A DNA stretch of 27,541 bases from IMG/VR virus record IMGVR_UViG_3300032373_000091, positions 1 to 27,541 of that record; one strand, 5' to 3'. This stretch comes from a virus. Lineage: Duplodnaviria; Caudoviricetes. How positions within the stretch are numbered: the stretch's first letter is position 1; each line of letters begins with the position of its first letter. Below the pieces are notes generated by a model, which was not told where the DNA came from, searched no databases, and was given only the letters and a program-made list of their open reading frames with translations. Position numbers and translations under genes: made by a program. This document shows positions 15,115-25,019 of the stretch, piece after piece.

Positions 15115-16616
15115 TGACTATGTTTGACAGGGCAATATCTGCGGTTTCCCCGTCATGGGCCTTGAACCGTCAACTTGCACGCTCTCGCATATCGGCTTTG
15201 AAAAAGGCCAGTGCCTATTATGACGGTGCCGACAAGGGCAGGCGCGGTGCCAGCATCAGGCGGTCTTCAGCTGACGCTAATGTGGTTAGCCGAAAATCCC
15301 TACCGGCGCTTAGAAGTGGCTCGCACGACATGGTGCGGAACAATCCCCACGCCCGCCGAGGTGTTGAGGCAATTGTATCAAACACCGTTGGTGCAGGCAT
15401 CAAGGTACAGTTTCAGAAAAATGGAAACCCGGCAGAAGACATTCACCAGCTGGCAATGAAACATCTGGGCTCGCTCGCTTGTGATGCTGATGGCAGGAAT
15501 AATTTCTTTGGGTTGCAGGCTTTGGTTTGCCGCGCAATGGTTGAGGGCGGCGAAGTGCTGGTGCGGCGTCGGTGGCGGCGTACAAGTGATGGCCTGCCAC
15601 TTCCTGTTCAGTTTCAGGTGTTGGAAGGCGATTTCCTTGACCACACCAAAGAGGGGCCAACAGCGTCTGGCGGCTATATTATGCAAGGCGTCGAATTTGA
15701 CGCTTTGGGAAGGCGCAAAGGCTATTGGATATTTAACAGCCACCCAAATGGGGCGGTCTATCAAGGGCTGCCAAGTTCCAAATTTGTGCAGGCCAGTGAA
15801 ATTATTCACCTGTATCTGGTTGAACGCCCTGGACAAGTGCGAGGCATACCTTGGTTGGCCCCGGTTATGTTGCGGCTCCAAGATTTTTCTGACTATGAAG
15901 AGGCCCAGCTTGTCCGCCAAAAAATAGCGGCCTGTTACGTGGCTTTCATTCAAGATATTCAGGACAACCCTACGGGCGTACCCGGTGTGCCTGGTGACGG
16001 CGAGGATGCCGACCTAACCGGTTTCGAACCCGGTCTTATAACCAACTTGCCGCCGGGCCGCCAAGTAACGTTTGGCCAGCCGCCAACTGTTAATGACTAT
16101 GACCCCTATGCCCGTGTATCGCTTCGCGCGGTCGCAGCGGGTCTTGGTATCAGTTACGAGGCCTTAACCGGCGATCTTAAAGGGGTCAGCTTCACGTCTG
16201 GGCGCATGGGTCGGCTGGAAATGAATAAGAATGTGGATGCTTGGCGCTGGCTGACATTGATCCCGGTGTTTAACGACAAGATATGTGGCTGGGTGCTGGA
16301 AGCGATATTCATTGCTCAAGGTATCGATACCGCTGGCGTCACCTTTTTGCATACGCCGCCCCGCCGCGAAATGCTTAATCCAGCGCAGGAAGTGTCTGCA
16401 AATACAGGTGCAGTCAGATCAGGGCAAAAAACCCTGACCCAGCTTCTGCAGGAATCTGGGCGTGATCCAGACAGCCACTTCAAAGAGTTGGCGGCAGAGA
16501 AGAAAACCCTAGACGATTTGGGGCTTGTTCTCGACATCGACCCAAGCAAGGTCAGTGGCGCGGGATTAGCCCAGCAGGTCATGCAAGATACCAGTTCCGA
16601 CAACGCTGCAGACTAA
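15114..16616 (+). CDS. Portal protein, lambda family
   Basis: LRSGSHDMVRNNPHA, RPGQVRGIPW, GLGISYEALTGD. Confidence 0.96.
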   Translation: MTMFDRAISAVSPSWALNRQLARSRISALKKASAYYDGADKGRRGASIRRSSADANVVSRKSLPALRSGSHDMVRNNPHARRGVEAIVSNTVGAGIKVQFQKNGNPAEDIHQLAMKHLGSLACDADGRNNFFGLQALVCRAMVEGGEVLVRRRWRRTSDGLPLPVQFQVLEGDFLDHTKEGPTASGGYIMQGVEFDALGRRKGYWIFNSHPNGAVYQGLPSSKFVQASEIIHLYLVERPGQVRGIPWLAPVMLRLQDFSDYEEAQLVRQKIAACYVAFIQDIQDNPTGVPGVPGDGEDADLTGFEPGLITNLPPGRQVTFGQPPTVNDYDPYARVSLRAVAAGLGISYEALTGDLKGVSFTSGRMGRLEMNKNVDAWRWLTLIPVFNDKICGWVLEAIFIAQGIDTAGVTFLHTPPRREMLNPAQEVSANTGAVRSGQKTLTQLLQESGRDPDSHFKELAAEKKTLDDLGLVLDIDPSKVSGAGLAQQVMQDTSSDNAAD

Positions 16617-16628
16617 GGAAATACTCAC

Positions 16629-18740
16629 ATGAATATGACCAAAAACACTGTCCCAACCTATGGGGCAAACGCCCGCATTATGCCAAATGGTGATGTGCTG
16701 ATCATGGGCGTGATTGGGGATTGGTTCGAAGGCTTAGACGCAGCTACTTTCACCGGCGAAATCCGGGATATGGCGGCTGATCCCATAAAGGTTTTTATCA
16801 ACAGCCCCGGCGGTGATGTCGTTGATGGCTTGTCCATTTACAACGAACTGGCCAGCCACTCGAGCCGCGTTGAAGTCACGATCACAGCGTTGGCAGCGTC
16901 GATGGCCAGCATCATTATGTTGGCCGGCAATACGGTCCGAATTCCAGAAAACGGCCTGATCATGATCCACAATCCGTGGACCGTGGCAGTTGGCGACAAA
17001 AACGAATTTGAGAAAGTCCAAAAGCAGCTGGAAAAAATGGGCGAAAGTTTGGTTGGCATTTACGCCCGCCGCACCGGCCAGAACGAGGAAACCATTCAAG
17101 CCATGATGGATGCCGAAACGTGGCTCAGTGCCAGCGAGGCACTTGATCTGGGTTTTGTTGATGAAGTTCTGTCAGATGCCCCCGCCGCAGATTTTGCCAA
17201 TATCGACAATGAAACAGTGGACCGCATGCCCACACGCATGGCGGCCCAGGTTCGCAGCTATCAGGCAGCAGCAAAATTAAATGCACCATCGGCGGAAGAT
17301 GCCGCCACCCCAGCCAAAAAGGAGAAACCAATGGCTAATAAACCTGAAGGTCAGGCGGCACCTCAATCGAAGCCCGCAGAAACAGAAACCTCTCAAGCGG
17401 CTGTCGCCGCCGCCGCCGCTAGTGCCACACTGGCCGAAACCGATCGGGTTTCTGCAATATTGGATGGCTGCACCAAGGCAGGATTGGACAGCGTTTTTGC
17501 CCAAAAATTGATCACTGAAAAAACGCCCATCGCCGATGCACGAGCCGCAATCATTGATCAAATGGCGGAAATGTCGAAAGGCGGCGCGCCGTCCAACGGA
17601 CACATTATAGTCGGTGAAGATGATCGTTCCAAATTCCTCATAGCTGCAACGGCAGCTATCATTCACCGCGCTGGTCATGCCAGCATGGTCAAATCTTTGG
17701 ACCAAGACCTTGTAAACCCCGGCGAGTTCCGCTCATTCAGCCTTGCTGATCTTGCCCGCCACGCTGTTGAAACAAGGGGTGAAAAAACCCACGGAAAAAG
17801 CAGAAAAGACATTGTTAAGATGGCGCTGACGCCGACGCAGGGAACTTTGTACCAAGGCACCAGTGATTTCACCGTCGTCCTCGAAAACGCTATGCATAAG
17901 ATCTTGCAAGCTGCCTATGCTATCACCCCGGATACATGGCGGCGGTTTTGTAAAGTGGGATCTGTATCAGATTTTCGCCCGCACAATCGGTACCGTGTCG
18001 GCAGCTTCGGTGGCCTTGATGATCTGAATGAAAATGGCGAGTTCAAAAACAAAACCATCCCGGACGGCGAGAAAGCCAGCCTCACAGCGACCACAAAAGG
18101 CAATATCATTGCCCTCAGCCGTCAGGCCATTATCAATGATGACATGGGTGCTTTTGAGACTTTGGCGGCCATGTTTGGACGGGCGGGAAAACTGACTATT
18201 GAAAAAGCGGTTTATACCATGCTTGCAGAAAATGGCGGCAATGGTCCGCTGTTATTGGACGGCACAGCGCTGTTTGACGCATCGCGCGGCAATATAGGCA
18301 CTGCGGGCGTGCCTTCGGTCACTACGTTTGGCGAAGTCTCTGATCTTATGGCGGCGCAAACAGCGGTTGGCAATACAGAGGAATTTCTCGATCTCAGCCC
18401 TGCTATATTGCTTGCTTCAACTTCAGTCGCGCGTAAGGCGGGCGTAGTGAATGCGTCTATCTATGATCCGGACGCCGCCAACAAGCTGCAACGTCCAAAT
18501 GAGGTGCATTTGACATATAGCGATATTGTCGGCACCGCGCGCCTTAGTGGTACCCCCTGGTATAGTTTCGCAGATCCAAATGTAGCGCCCGTTCTTGAGG
18601 TAGCCTTCCTTGACGGTAATGAAGAGCCGTTCATGGAAATGCAAGACGGCTTCCGCACAGACGGTGTGGAGTGGAAAACCCGACTGGACTTCGGCGTGGC
18701 CGGGATCGACTTCCGCGGTGCGGTGAAAAACGACGGTTAA
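16629..18740 (+). CDS. ClpP-like prohead protease / scaffold / major capsid fusion
   Basis: INSPGG, AASMAS, IMIHNPW and ETWLSASEAL in the N-terminal part; Ala-rich linker; capsid motifs SRQAIINDD, EVAFLDG, RLDFG. Confidence 0.95.
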   Translation: MNMTKNTVPTYGANARIMPNGDVLIMGVIGDWFEGLDAATFTGEIRDMAADPIKVFINSPGGDVVDGLSIYNELASHSSRVEVTITALAASMASIIMLAGNTVRIPENGLIMIHNPWTVAVGDKNEFEKVQKQLEKMGESLVGIYARRTGQNEETIQAMMDAETWLSASEALDLGFVDEVLSDAPAADFANIDNETVDRMPTRMAAQVRSYQAAAKLNAPSAEDAATPAKKEKPMANKPEGQAAPQSKPAETETSQAAVAAAAASATLAETDRVSAILDGCTKAGLDSVFAQKLITEKTPIADARAAIIDQMAEMSKGGAPSNGHIIVGEDDRSKFLIAATAAIIHRAGHASMVKSLDQDLVNPGEFRSFSLADLARHAVETRGEKTHGKSRKDIVKMALTPTQGTLYQGTSDFTVVLENAMHKILQAAYAITPDTWRRFCKVGSVSDFRPHNRYRVGSFGGLDDLNENGEFKNKTIPDGEKASLTATTKGNIIALSRQAIINDDMGAFETLAAMFGRAGKLTIEKAVYTMLAENGGNGPLLLDGTALFDASRGNIGTAGVPSVTTFGEVSDLMAAQTAVGNTEEFLDLSPAILLASTSVARKAGVVNASIYDPDAANKLQRPNEVHLTYSDIVGTARLSGTPWYSFADPNVAPVLEVAFLDGNEEPFMEMQDGFRTDGVEWKTRLDFGVAGIDFRGAVKNDG

Positions 18741-18804
18741 CATTTGATTTTTGAGGGAGCCAAAAGGTTCCCTTTCCCCCCAAATTTAAAGAAGGACTAA
18801 CAAG

Positions 18805-19167
18805 ATGCCAATTCGTTATCAGCAGCCAGGTGCGAAGATGACCTGGACAAATACCACCGGCGGCGTGGTTGCGGTTAATACTCTGGTGGTCATCGGCGGC
18901 TGTCTCGCCATTGCCCTTGGCACCATAGCCATTGGGGCGGTGGGTGAAGTGGCGCTGGAAGGGGTTTTCAGTGGCGTTGCCAAAACAACCGGCACGGCTT
19001 GGGTGCAAGGTGATGTTCTTGACTGGGATATCAGCGCCAGCAAATTCCAGAAAGGCGCGGTTGCCGCGACCGGTGATATCACCAGTGCTGTGGTTGCTTT
19101 CGAGGCCGCCGCGTTGGGCGATACTATTGGCACTGTCAAACTGACCAACCCCGGTGCTGTCACCTAA
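18805..19167 (+). CDS. DUF2190-type capsid cement/decoration protein
   Basis: YQQPG...GEVALEGVF...AWVQGDVLDWD...VKL; directly after the capsid gene with an AAGGA SD. Confidence 0.85.
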   Translation: MPIRYQQPGAKMTWTNTTGGVVAVNTLVVIGGCLAIALGTIAIGAVGEVALEGVFSGVAKTTGTAWVQGDVLDWDISASKFQKGAVAATGDITSAVVAFEAAALGDTIGTVKLTNPGAVT

Positions 19168-19187
19168 AGCCACATTCAAGAAAGGAT

Positions 19188-19214
19188 AGGGCGGCGCGTG
19201 CCGCCCTTTTTTTT
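19188..19214 (+). terminator. Intrinsic terminator after the head genes
   Basis: AGGGCGGC-gcgt-GCCGCCCT followed by a T run. Confidence 0.88.
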
Positions 19215-19217
19215 ATC

Positions 19218-19571
19218 ATGGATTTCATAAATGACGCTTTTTCCGGCGCACAAAGTGCCTTCATCGACATTGCCGGTGAAACTGTGATTTATGACGATGG
19301 TTCGATCCAAACCCAAACAAAAGCCGAGGTGAACGGCGGCAGCGAAACGGTGCGCGGCGGTGAAGGCCGCGGCATAAGCAGCCGCCGCATGGAAATTTAT
19401 GTGGTTCTTTCAAGCCTTCCATCCGCCGCCGCGGCCGCGCTGGCGGACGGTAAAATGGAGGCTGTTAAAACGCATGTCATCACCGTTCGCTCTAAGACCT
19501 ATACAATTGGCAAGACTGAGCCGGATGCCGAAGGCGGCGCCTTGCTGAAACTCAAAAGAACATCACCATGA
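19218..19571 (+). CDS. Head-tail joining protein (gpFII-like)
   Basis: Position, size, GETVIY and TYTIGKTEPDAEG...LKL pattern. Confidence 0.7.
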   Translation: MDFINDAFSGAQSAFIDIAGETVIYDDGSIQTQTKAEVNGGSETVRGGEGRGISSRRMEIYVVLSSLPSAAAAALADGKMEAVKTHVITVRSKTYTIGKTEPDAEGGALLKLKRTSP

Positions 19572-20032
19572 CCCATATTGATGCGCAGGCCCGCGCCGCT
19601 GCTTTGGCGGCACTGCAAGGGATGGCTGGAATCACAACAGCGTCTGGATTGCGCCTGACGGAATGGGATGATGCCATTTTGCCGTCCGTTAGTGCCTGGA
19701 CGCCCGACGAACGCCTCGAACTGTATGATAAGGGCGATAGTACGGCTGGCCCAACAATCAAACGCCGCATGCGCATGTATGTGGAGGTCATTTGGTCTGT
19801 CCTTGATATTGCCGACGCAGAAAACGAATCTTCGGCATGGAAAACCAAGGTCGAAGCCGCAATGGCCACCGATTTTGGCGGGCTGGTTAAATACCTTATG
19901 CCGGTGGTCGCCGTCACAGATTTTGCCACGCCCGAAGATGATGAAGATGGGATTTATTGGTACGGGCGTGTGACCTATGAATTTGAACTGCATGTCTATA
20001 CCACCGAAGGCAACCCTGAGGTGGCGATTTGA
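19568..20032 (+). CDS. Tail terminator protein (gpU-like)
   Basis: Acidic 154-aa protein with LPSVSAWT and C-terminal YTTEGNPE; position in the operon. Confidence 0.7.
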   Translation: MTHIDAQARAAALAALQGMAGITTASGLRLTEWDDAILPSVSAWTPDERLELYDKGDSTAGPTIKRRMRMYVEVIWSVLDIADAENESSAWKTKVEAAMATDFGGLVKYLMPVVAVTDFATPEDDEDGIYWYGRVTYEFELHVYTTEGNPEVAI

Positions 20033-20685
20033 GTCCGCTAGCGCTGAAACATACAGGCGAATATGCCCTTATTTTGGGCGGTGGCCCCAGCTTGGAAAAG
20101 GATTTGAAGCGTCTGGGCGCAGGGGGGATCAGAATAGCCGTTAATCACCACGCATCTGACCTTGGAATTGACAGCCACTATACCGTTTTTAACGACAAAT
20201 GGACCGCAGAAAACCTTAAAACATCGGCCAGCAAGCGGGTTTGCCGGTTCCCTGAAAGCGCTGACCATTTAATGGCATGGCCACAGGCGGTTTTAAGTGC
20301 GCGGCTGGCGGTTTGGCTGGCGCGGGTGATGGGCTGTGCGCCGATTATTCTGTGTGGCATGGACTGCAATGGTTTGCGCCGATCGGAAACCATGACCCCA
20401 GAATGGTATCTGGACCAGTGGCGATGGGAAAATCCAGCCGACATTATGGCGGCGTCCGGGCCGATGAAAAAGATGTTTCCCTTGGCCCCAAAACGCTTGG
20501 TAGCCGCGCCTCGGGTAAAGATTTTTGTCGAGGCTGGGACGATAGTTCAATTGGACAAATCCCGTTCCACGTCAAGTTTGGGAGGCACCTATGATTTGGG
20601 TGCAATGGGTTTAGCAGGTGCGTGCACCGACAAGATTATCAAACAACCGGGTGTCCGCGTTTTGACACCGAAAAAAGGAGACTGA
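20029..20685 (+). CDS. DUF115 / Maf / sialyltransferase-like fold protein
   Basis: ALILGGGPSL, IAVN, TVFND, LAVWLARVMGCAPIILCGMD. TTG overlaps the upstream TGA after GAGG. Confidence 0.72.
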   Translation: MSPLALKHTGEYALILGGGPSLEKDLKRLGAGGIRIAVNHHASDLGIDSHYTVFNDKWTAENLKTSASKRVCRFPESADHLMAWPQAVLSARLAVWLARVMGCAPIILCGMDCNGLRRSETMTPEWYLDQWRWENPADIMAASGPMKKMFPLAPKRLVAAPRVKIFVEAGTIVQLDKSRSTSSLGGTYDLGAMGLAGACTDKIIKQPGVRVLTPKKGD

Positions 20686-20688
20686 GCA

Positions 20689-21114
20689 ATGGCTATTGGT
20701 GTTATCAAGAAAGGTGCCGGCTTTCTTTTGAAAGCAGGTAGTGGGGGAACGGCTGAGGTTTTTACCACGGTCGCCAAAATGCGGACCACATCCTTTGATA
20801 TTAACGGTTCTGAGGTGGAAGGCACCAATAAGGACAGTAATGGCCACAAGGAACTGGTGCCTGGCGCTGGAATTGTTTCCATGTCGGTCGGGGCGGCGGG
20901 TGTATTTTCTGAAAGCGCATCGCAAGTGCTGTTAGAGACCCGCGTTTTCGCTAGAACACTAGACAATTACCAGCTGGTATTTGAAGGTGGGCGGACCTAC
21001 GAAGTTTCGGCTCAAGTGGTGTCCGTCAGTTATGCTGGCGAACAGGACGGCGAACAGACTTACAATGTATCACTGACCTGTTCCGGTGAACCTACTATCA
21101 CCCCTGGGGCCTGA
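20689..21114 (+). CDS. Major tail tube protein (TP901-1/GTA-like)
   Basis: GAGFLLK...FTTVAKMRTTSFDING..V..TNKDSNGHKELVPGAG..SMSV.AAGVF...YAGEQDGEQTY. Confidence 0.92.
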   Translation: MAIGVIKKGAGFLLKAGSGGTAEVFTTVAKMRTTSFDINGSEVEGTNKDSNGHKELVPGAGIVSMSVGAAGVFSESASQVLLETRVFARTLDNYQLVFEGGRTYEVSAQVVSVSYAGEQDGEQTYNVSLTCSGEPTITPGA

Positions 21115-21117
21115 TAG

Positions 21118-21468
21118 ATGGCAAATCCACGGGGTATTCATAAGTGTGAGGTGGCAGGCCAATCCCGCATCTTGCGCAAAAGCTTGATGGCGGTGATCGA
21201 CATTGAAGAACGCCTCGATACAGGTATTGATGAGGCTTGTACAGCCTTGGAGCAGCCGGGAAAAAAATTCAAGCAACTGCTAGTAATTTTTGAGGAACTG
21301 TGTGTTGCGGGTGGGACACCATTAACAGATACAGACCGGCAATTACTCGATCTTGATGACGCTGGCGAAATTTCCAGAGCTATCGCTGGATGTTTCAATG
21401 CAGGCGCCGTCAAGGAGGCGGCGCATCAACCCCCAAAAGCCAAAAAAAGCGTGCAGCTGAAACCGTAG
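21118..21468 (+). CDS. Tail assembly chaperone (gpG-like)
   Basis: MANPRG start, DIEERL; lies between tube and tape measure genes and has a slippery site near its 3' end. Confidence 0.85.
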   Translation: MANPRGIHKCEVAGQSRILRKSLMAVIDIEERLDTGIDEACTALEQPGKKFKQLLVIFEELCVAGGTPLTDTDRQLLDLDDAGEISRAIAGCFNAGAVKEAAHQPPKAKKSVQLKP

Positions 21469-21698
21469 AGGAACGTGCGCGCCGTTGGCGCCGGTGGCAA
21501 GAAATTGCCTTCGGCCACCTAAAATTCACACCCGATGTTTTCTATTCCATGGGTATTTTCGAATGGTATGCCGCTATGGACGGTTATATGGAAAGTATTG
21601 GCGCAGACAGGCCTGAAAATCCCGCGCTGTCTGGCGATTTCACTGATCTTGATGCCTACGCAGCCCCCAGCAAGAGTATAAAGAATGAGCATCACTAA
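21432..21698 (+). CDS. Tail assembly chaperone gpT segment, expressed as a G-T fusion by -1 frameshift
   Basis: Open -1 frame reads AFGHLKFTPDVFYSMGIFEWYAAMDG; heptamer C CCA AAA at 21432-21438. Confidence 0.78.
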   Translation, partial: PKSQKKRAAETVEERARRWRRWQEIAFGHLKFTPDVFYSMGIFEWYAAMDGYMESIGADRPENPALSGDFTDLDAYAAPSKSIKNEHH

Positions 21699-23718
21699 CA
21701 TTCAAAGCCTTGTCGTTAAGATTGGCGCCGACATCAATGGGGCCGTCAGCGGCCTGAATAAGGTTGCTTTGGCAACAAAACGGCTGGGGCGTGATATGGC
21801 CCGTGTTGGCCGTACAATGAGTGCAGCAGTTACGCTGCCTATATTGGGCGCTGCGGGTGCTACGATTAAATTCGCATCTGACGCGGAAGAAATGAAAGGA
21901 AAATTCACCGCCGTCTTTCGTGAAAATTCCGCCGCAGTAGAAAAGTGGGCCAAAGATTTTGGCGGCGCTGTCAATCGGTCTCGGTTTGACCTGATGGAAA
22001 TGGCATCCAGTGTACAGGACACGTTTGTTCCCTTGGGTTTTGCTCGTGGCGAGGCCTCTAAAATGTCCACGGCACTTACTGAGTTGGCAGTGGATGTAGC
22101 AAGCTTCAATAACGCCAGCGAGCCAGAAACTATGGCACTGTTTACCTCGGCTTTGGTAGGGAACCACGAAGCAGTGCGGCGCTTCGGTATTGTCATTACG
22201 GAATCAACTCTAAAACAGGAAATGGCTCGCATTGGTGCGGATAAACTGACAGGTTCCGCGCTTGAACAAGCAAAAGTACAAGCCCGCCTTAACTTGATTA
22301 TGGCGGCCACCACTGATGCTCAGGGCGATGCAGAGCGTACATCCGAATCCTTTGCCAACCAGATGCGCGGCCTACAGGCTGATTTGAAAGATGTAGCCAT
22401 CACAATCGGGACTGCGTTGATGCCTTACGCTCGGGCCCTTGTGGCATGGGCCAAAGAAGCCCTCGCCAGCTTCCAGGCTCTGACACCTAAAACAAAAGCC
22501 TTTTTGGTAGTAGCAGCTGCTATAGCTGCCGCCATTGGTCCCGCGCTGGTGGCATTAGGTTTCATGAGTATTGGCCTTGGATCGTTGGCCACAGCATTTT
22601 CTCTAATGTCCAAGGTGGCTGTAACGGCGATGACGGTTGTTTTAAAGACGGTCGTTAAGACTCTGGTATTGATGACGTCGCCGATCACTTTGGTTGTAAC
22701 CGCAATTGTCGCCGTTGGCGCTGCCTTCATACTGTTTAAGAATACTACTGTCACGGCCGTCACTGGCGCTTGGAAAGTCATAAAACTTTACCTACAGGAC
22801 AGGTTTAACAAGATTTCAGCAGGGTTCCGTCTTGCCATAGACAATTTGGGCAGGGGATGGGAGCGGTTTAAGTCACTGTTCGACAGTGATACCTATGTTC
22901 GTCCTAAGAAGTCTTTTGCCGATTTCTTGGAAAAAGACCTTGTCGGGGATATTGATGCCGCCGTTGAAGCGACTAATGAGGCAACCAAAAAAGCTTTTAA
23001 CGCCGACAAAGCGAATATTTTGGAGGGACTATCTGATTTGGGCAAACGAGCCTCAAATTTGCTCGGAAAACTGGGATTAGGCACGATCAATGTTAGTGCC
23101 TTTGAAGATGACTTTCATAAACTTGAACAATCATTTTCCGCGACCACTGACAACATGACGTCAACGGCTGCAACAGCAGGAAACGATATTGGTGACGCAC
23201 TCACCTCCGGTATCGATGAGGCAAAGAACGCCAGCGAGCAAGCATACAATGATGTAGAGCGTAGCTTGGCGGATTTTGCTACCTCGGGCAAACTGAGTAT
23301 TAAGGGTATGATTGACAGTATTGTTTCTGAATTTGCGCGTCTTCAGATTATTAAACCCTTCCTTTCGGCGCTTGGGTTTGGGTCTGGCAGCTTTCTGGGT
23401 TTATTCGGCGGAGCCGTCGGCGCAAAGGCAAGTGGCGGCCGTATCCAGCCTGGCGTGCCAACTCTCGTGAATGAACGTGGCAACGTGCCGGAAATTATCA
23501 CAGTGGACCGCCCGTCGACGGTGATGAATGGTCATGATAGCCGAATGGCATCAAAAGAAAGAGGCGGAATGGTAATTCAGGTTGATGCGCGCGGCGCGGG
23601 TGATCCCGCTGCTGTCGAAGCAGCTATCAACCGCGCAATAATGGCCGCAGCGCCAATCATATCGGCGGCAGCGAGCCAACGAACCATTTCCAGCCTGCGC
23701 CGTCCGGGATTTGCCTGA
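21685..23718 (+). CDS. Tail tape measure protein
   Basis: SLVVKIGAD N-terminus, Ala-rich helical body, hydrophobic central segment, C-terminal KASGG...LVNERG..PE motif. Confidence 0.95.
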   Translation: MSITNIQSLVVKIGADINGAVSGLNKVALATKRLGRDMARVGRTMSAAVTLPILGAAGATIKFASDAEEMKGKFTAVFRENSAAVEKWAKDFGGAVNRSRFDLMEMASSVQDTFVPLGFARGEASKMSTALTELAVDVASFNNASEPETMALFTSALVGNHEAVRRFGIVITESTLKQEMARIGADKLTGSALEQAKVQARLNLIMAATTDAQGDAERTSESFANQMRGLQADLKDVAITIGTALMPYARALVAWAKEALASFQALTPKTKAFLVVAAAIAAAIGPALVALGFMSIGLGSLATAFSLMSKVAVTAMTVVLKTVVKTLVLMTSPITLVVTAIVAVGAAFILFKNTTVTAVTGAWKVIKLYLQDRFNKISAGFRLAIDNLGRGWERFKSLFDSDTYVRPKKSFADFLEKDLVGDIDAAVEATNEATKKAFNADKANILEGLSDLGKRASNLLGKLGLGTINVSAFEDDFHKLEQSFSATTDNMTSTAATAGNDIGDALTSGIDEAKNASEQAYNDVERSLADFATSGKLSIKGMIDSIVSEFARLQIIKPFLSALGFGSGSFLGLFGGAVGAKASGGRIQPGVPTLVNERGNVPEIITVDRPSTVMNGHDSRMASKERGGMVIQVDARGAGDPAAVEAAINRAIMAAAPIISAAASQRTISSLRRPGFA

Positions 23719-24317
23719 TGGCGACCCTACCAGTACCCAGCGATACTTTTAACAATGCGGTTTGGACCCGGCAACGCGACGACAGACAGTTGCCTTTCCT
23801 GTCAGGGCGCCGCCAAACCATTCGCAACCAGACAGATGATTGGATGGTGCAAATTAGTCTGCCGCCGATGATGGATAATGCGGTGGCCCGTGCCTGGTGG
23901 TTATTTGTTTTACAAGCGTCAGATTTGGCGAATGATTTCCTGCTATCACCGCCTGATCACAAAGACCCCGGCACAGGATATGCAGGGCCGGGGCCATTGG
24001 TGAAGGGCGCAGGGCAGCTTGGCAGTGTGCTGGTGTGCGACGGGGTAACAGCCAACAGCGCTGTCATAAGTGCTGGCCACTATCTATCGATTAACAATGA
24101 ACTGAATATGGCAACAGCAGACGCCACCAGCGATGGCGCTGGCACCGTAAGTTTTAACCTGCTGCGCAACCTTCGCACAGCGCCCGCAAATAACGCCGCG
24201 ATCGATATATTCAATCCAAAAGGCCTGTTTCAATTTAGCGAAAGCAAAGCCACCTTAACGCTGGATTTGATGCTGTTGCGCGGGATGTCTTTCACCGCGA
24301 TCGAAAAACGAGTTTAA
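23718..24317 (+). CDS. Distal tail (Dit-like) / minor tail protein
   Basis: Coupled to the tape measure gene; W.VQISLPP, VKGAGQLG, LRTAPANNA. Confidence 0.75.
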   Translation: MATLPVPSDTFNNAVWTRQRDDRQLPFLSGRRQTIRNQTDDWMVQISLPPMMDNAVARAWWLFVLQASDLANDFLLSPPDHKDPGTGYAGPGPLVKGAGQLGSVLVCDGVTANSAVISAGHYLSINNELNMATADATSDGAGTVSFNLLRNLRTAPANNAAIDIFNPKGLFQFSESKATLTLDLMLLRGMSFTAIEKRV

Positions 24318-24322
24318 GGCGG

Positions 24323-24350
24323 AAAAAGGCTCCTTTCAGGGGCCTTTTTT
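24323..24350. terminator. Potentially bidirectional intrinsic terminator
   Basis: AAAAAGGCTCCT-ttc-AGGGGCCTTTTTT. Confidence 0.75.
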
Positions 24351-24370
24351 AATGAACAAGAGCAAATTGA

Positions 24371-25015
24371 ATGACCCTAACTGTAGAGATGAACAACACG
24401 CTCACGGGCGGGGTGATTACGCCTGTCTGGATTGTGCGGCTGGATATCCCCACCGATCCCTTTTATGCGTGGACCGGCAGCGCCATTTTTGCCCCCACAG
24501 GCACAGGCGATACCGCCCTCGACGGTTATACATTCGAGCCGCTGGACGGGCTGGTTGGAATCAGTGATGCCGTTGAAGACGGTGGCATTGGCTCGGCGCT
24601 TACGATGACCGCGATGGCGGACGGCCTGAATGAAGAACTGCTGCGACAAATTGTGCGGGACAAACGCGCGTGGCAGGGGAAACCTGCATGGATATGGCTC
24701 GCGCTGCTGAATAACGACGATGCCACAGTGATCCCAAACCCGGTGCGCTACAAAACCGGGGTGCTTACCCAGATGTCTTTGCAGGATGGGCAGGAAGGCG
24801 GCGTTGTCTCGATTACCGTCGATGTGGATACCGGTGCAGCAGCCGGGCGCACCATGCGGGTTCGTGATCATAACCGCCTGTTTAGCGATGATACTTTTGG
24901 AAACTTTGTGCAGAAGCTGGAAAACCGACCCACAGGCTTTAAGGGCTCTATCGGCACCGGATCAGAAGGCCGTGGCGGCCGCTATGACTTCGGCCAGTAT
25001 AATATTTTGGGGTGA
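24371..25015 (+). CDS. Minor tail / hub protein
   Basis: Position; WTG...GYTFEPL..LVGIS, WQGKPA.IW, FSDDTFGNFV. Confidence 0.75.
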   Translation: MTLTVEMNNTLTGGVITPVWIVRLDIPTDPFYAWTGSAIFAPTGTGDTALDGYTFEPLDGLVGISDAVEDGGIGSALTMTAMADGLNEELLRQIVRDKRAWQGKPAWIWLALLNNDDATVIPNPVRYKTGVLTQMSLQDGQEGGVVSITVDVDTGAAAGRTMRVRDHNRLFSDDTFGNFVQKLENRPTGFKGSIGTGSEGRGGRYDFGQYNILG

Positions 25016-25019
25016 CCCT

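Noticed and set aside
18754-18775. Hairpin AGGGAGCC-aaaa-GGTTCCCT after the capsid gene as a terminator
   Set aside because: The U tail is too short; it is more likely an mRNA-stabilising stem, so it is not called.
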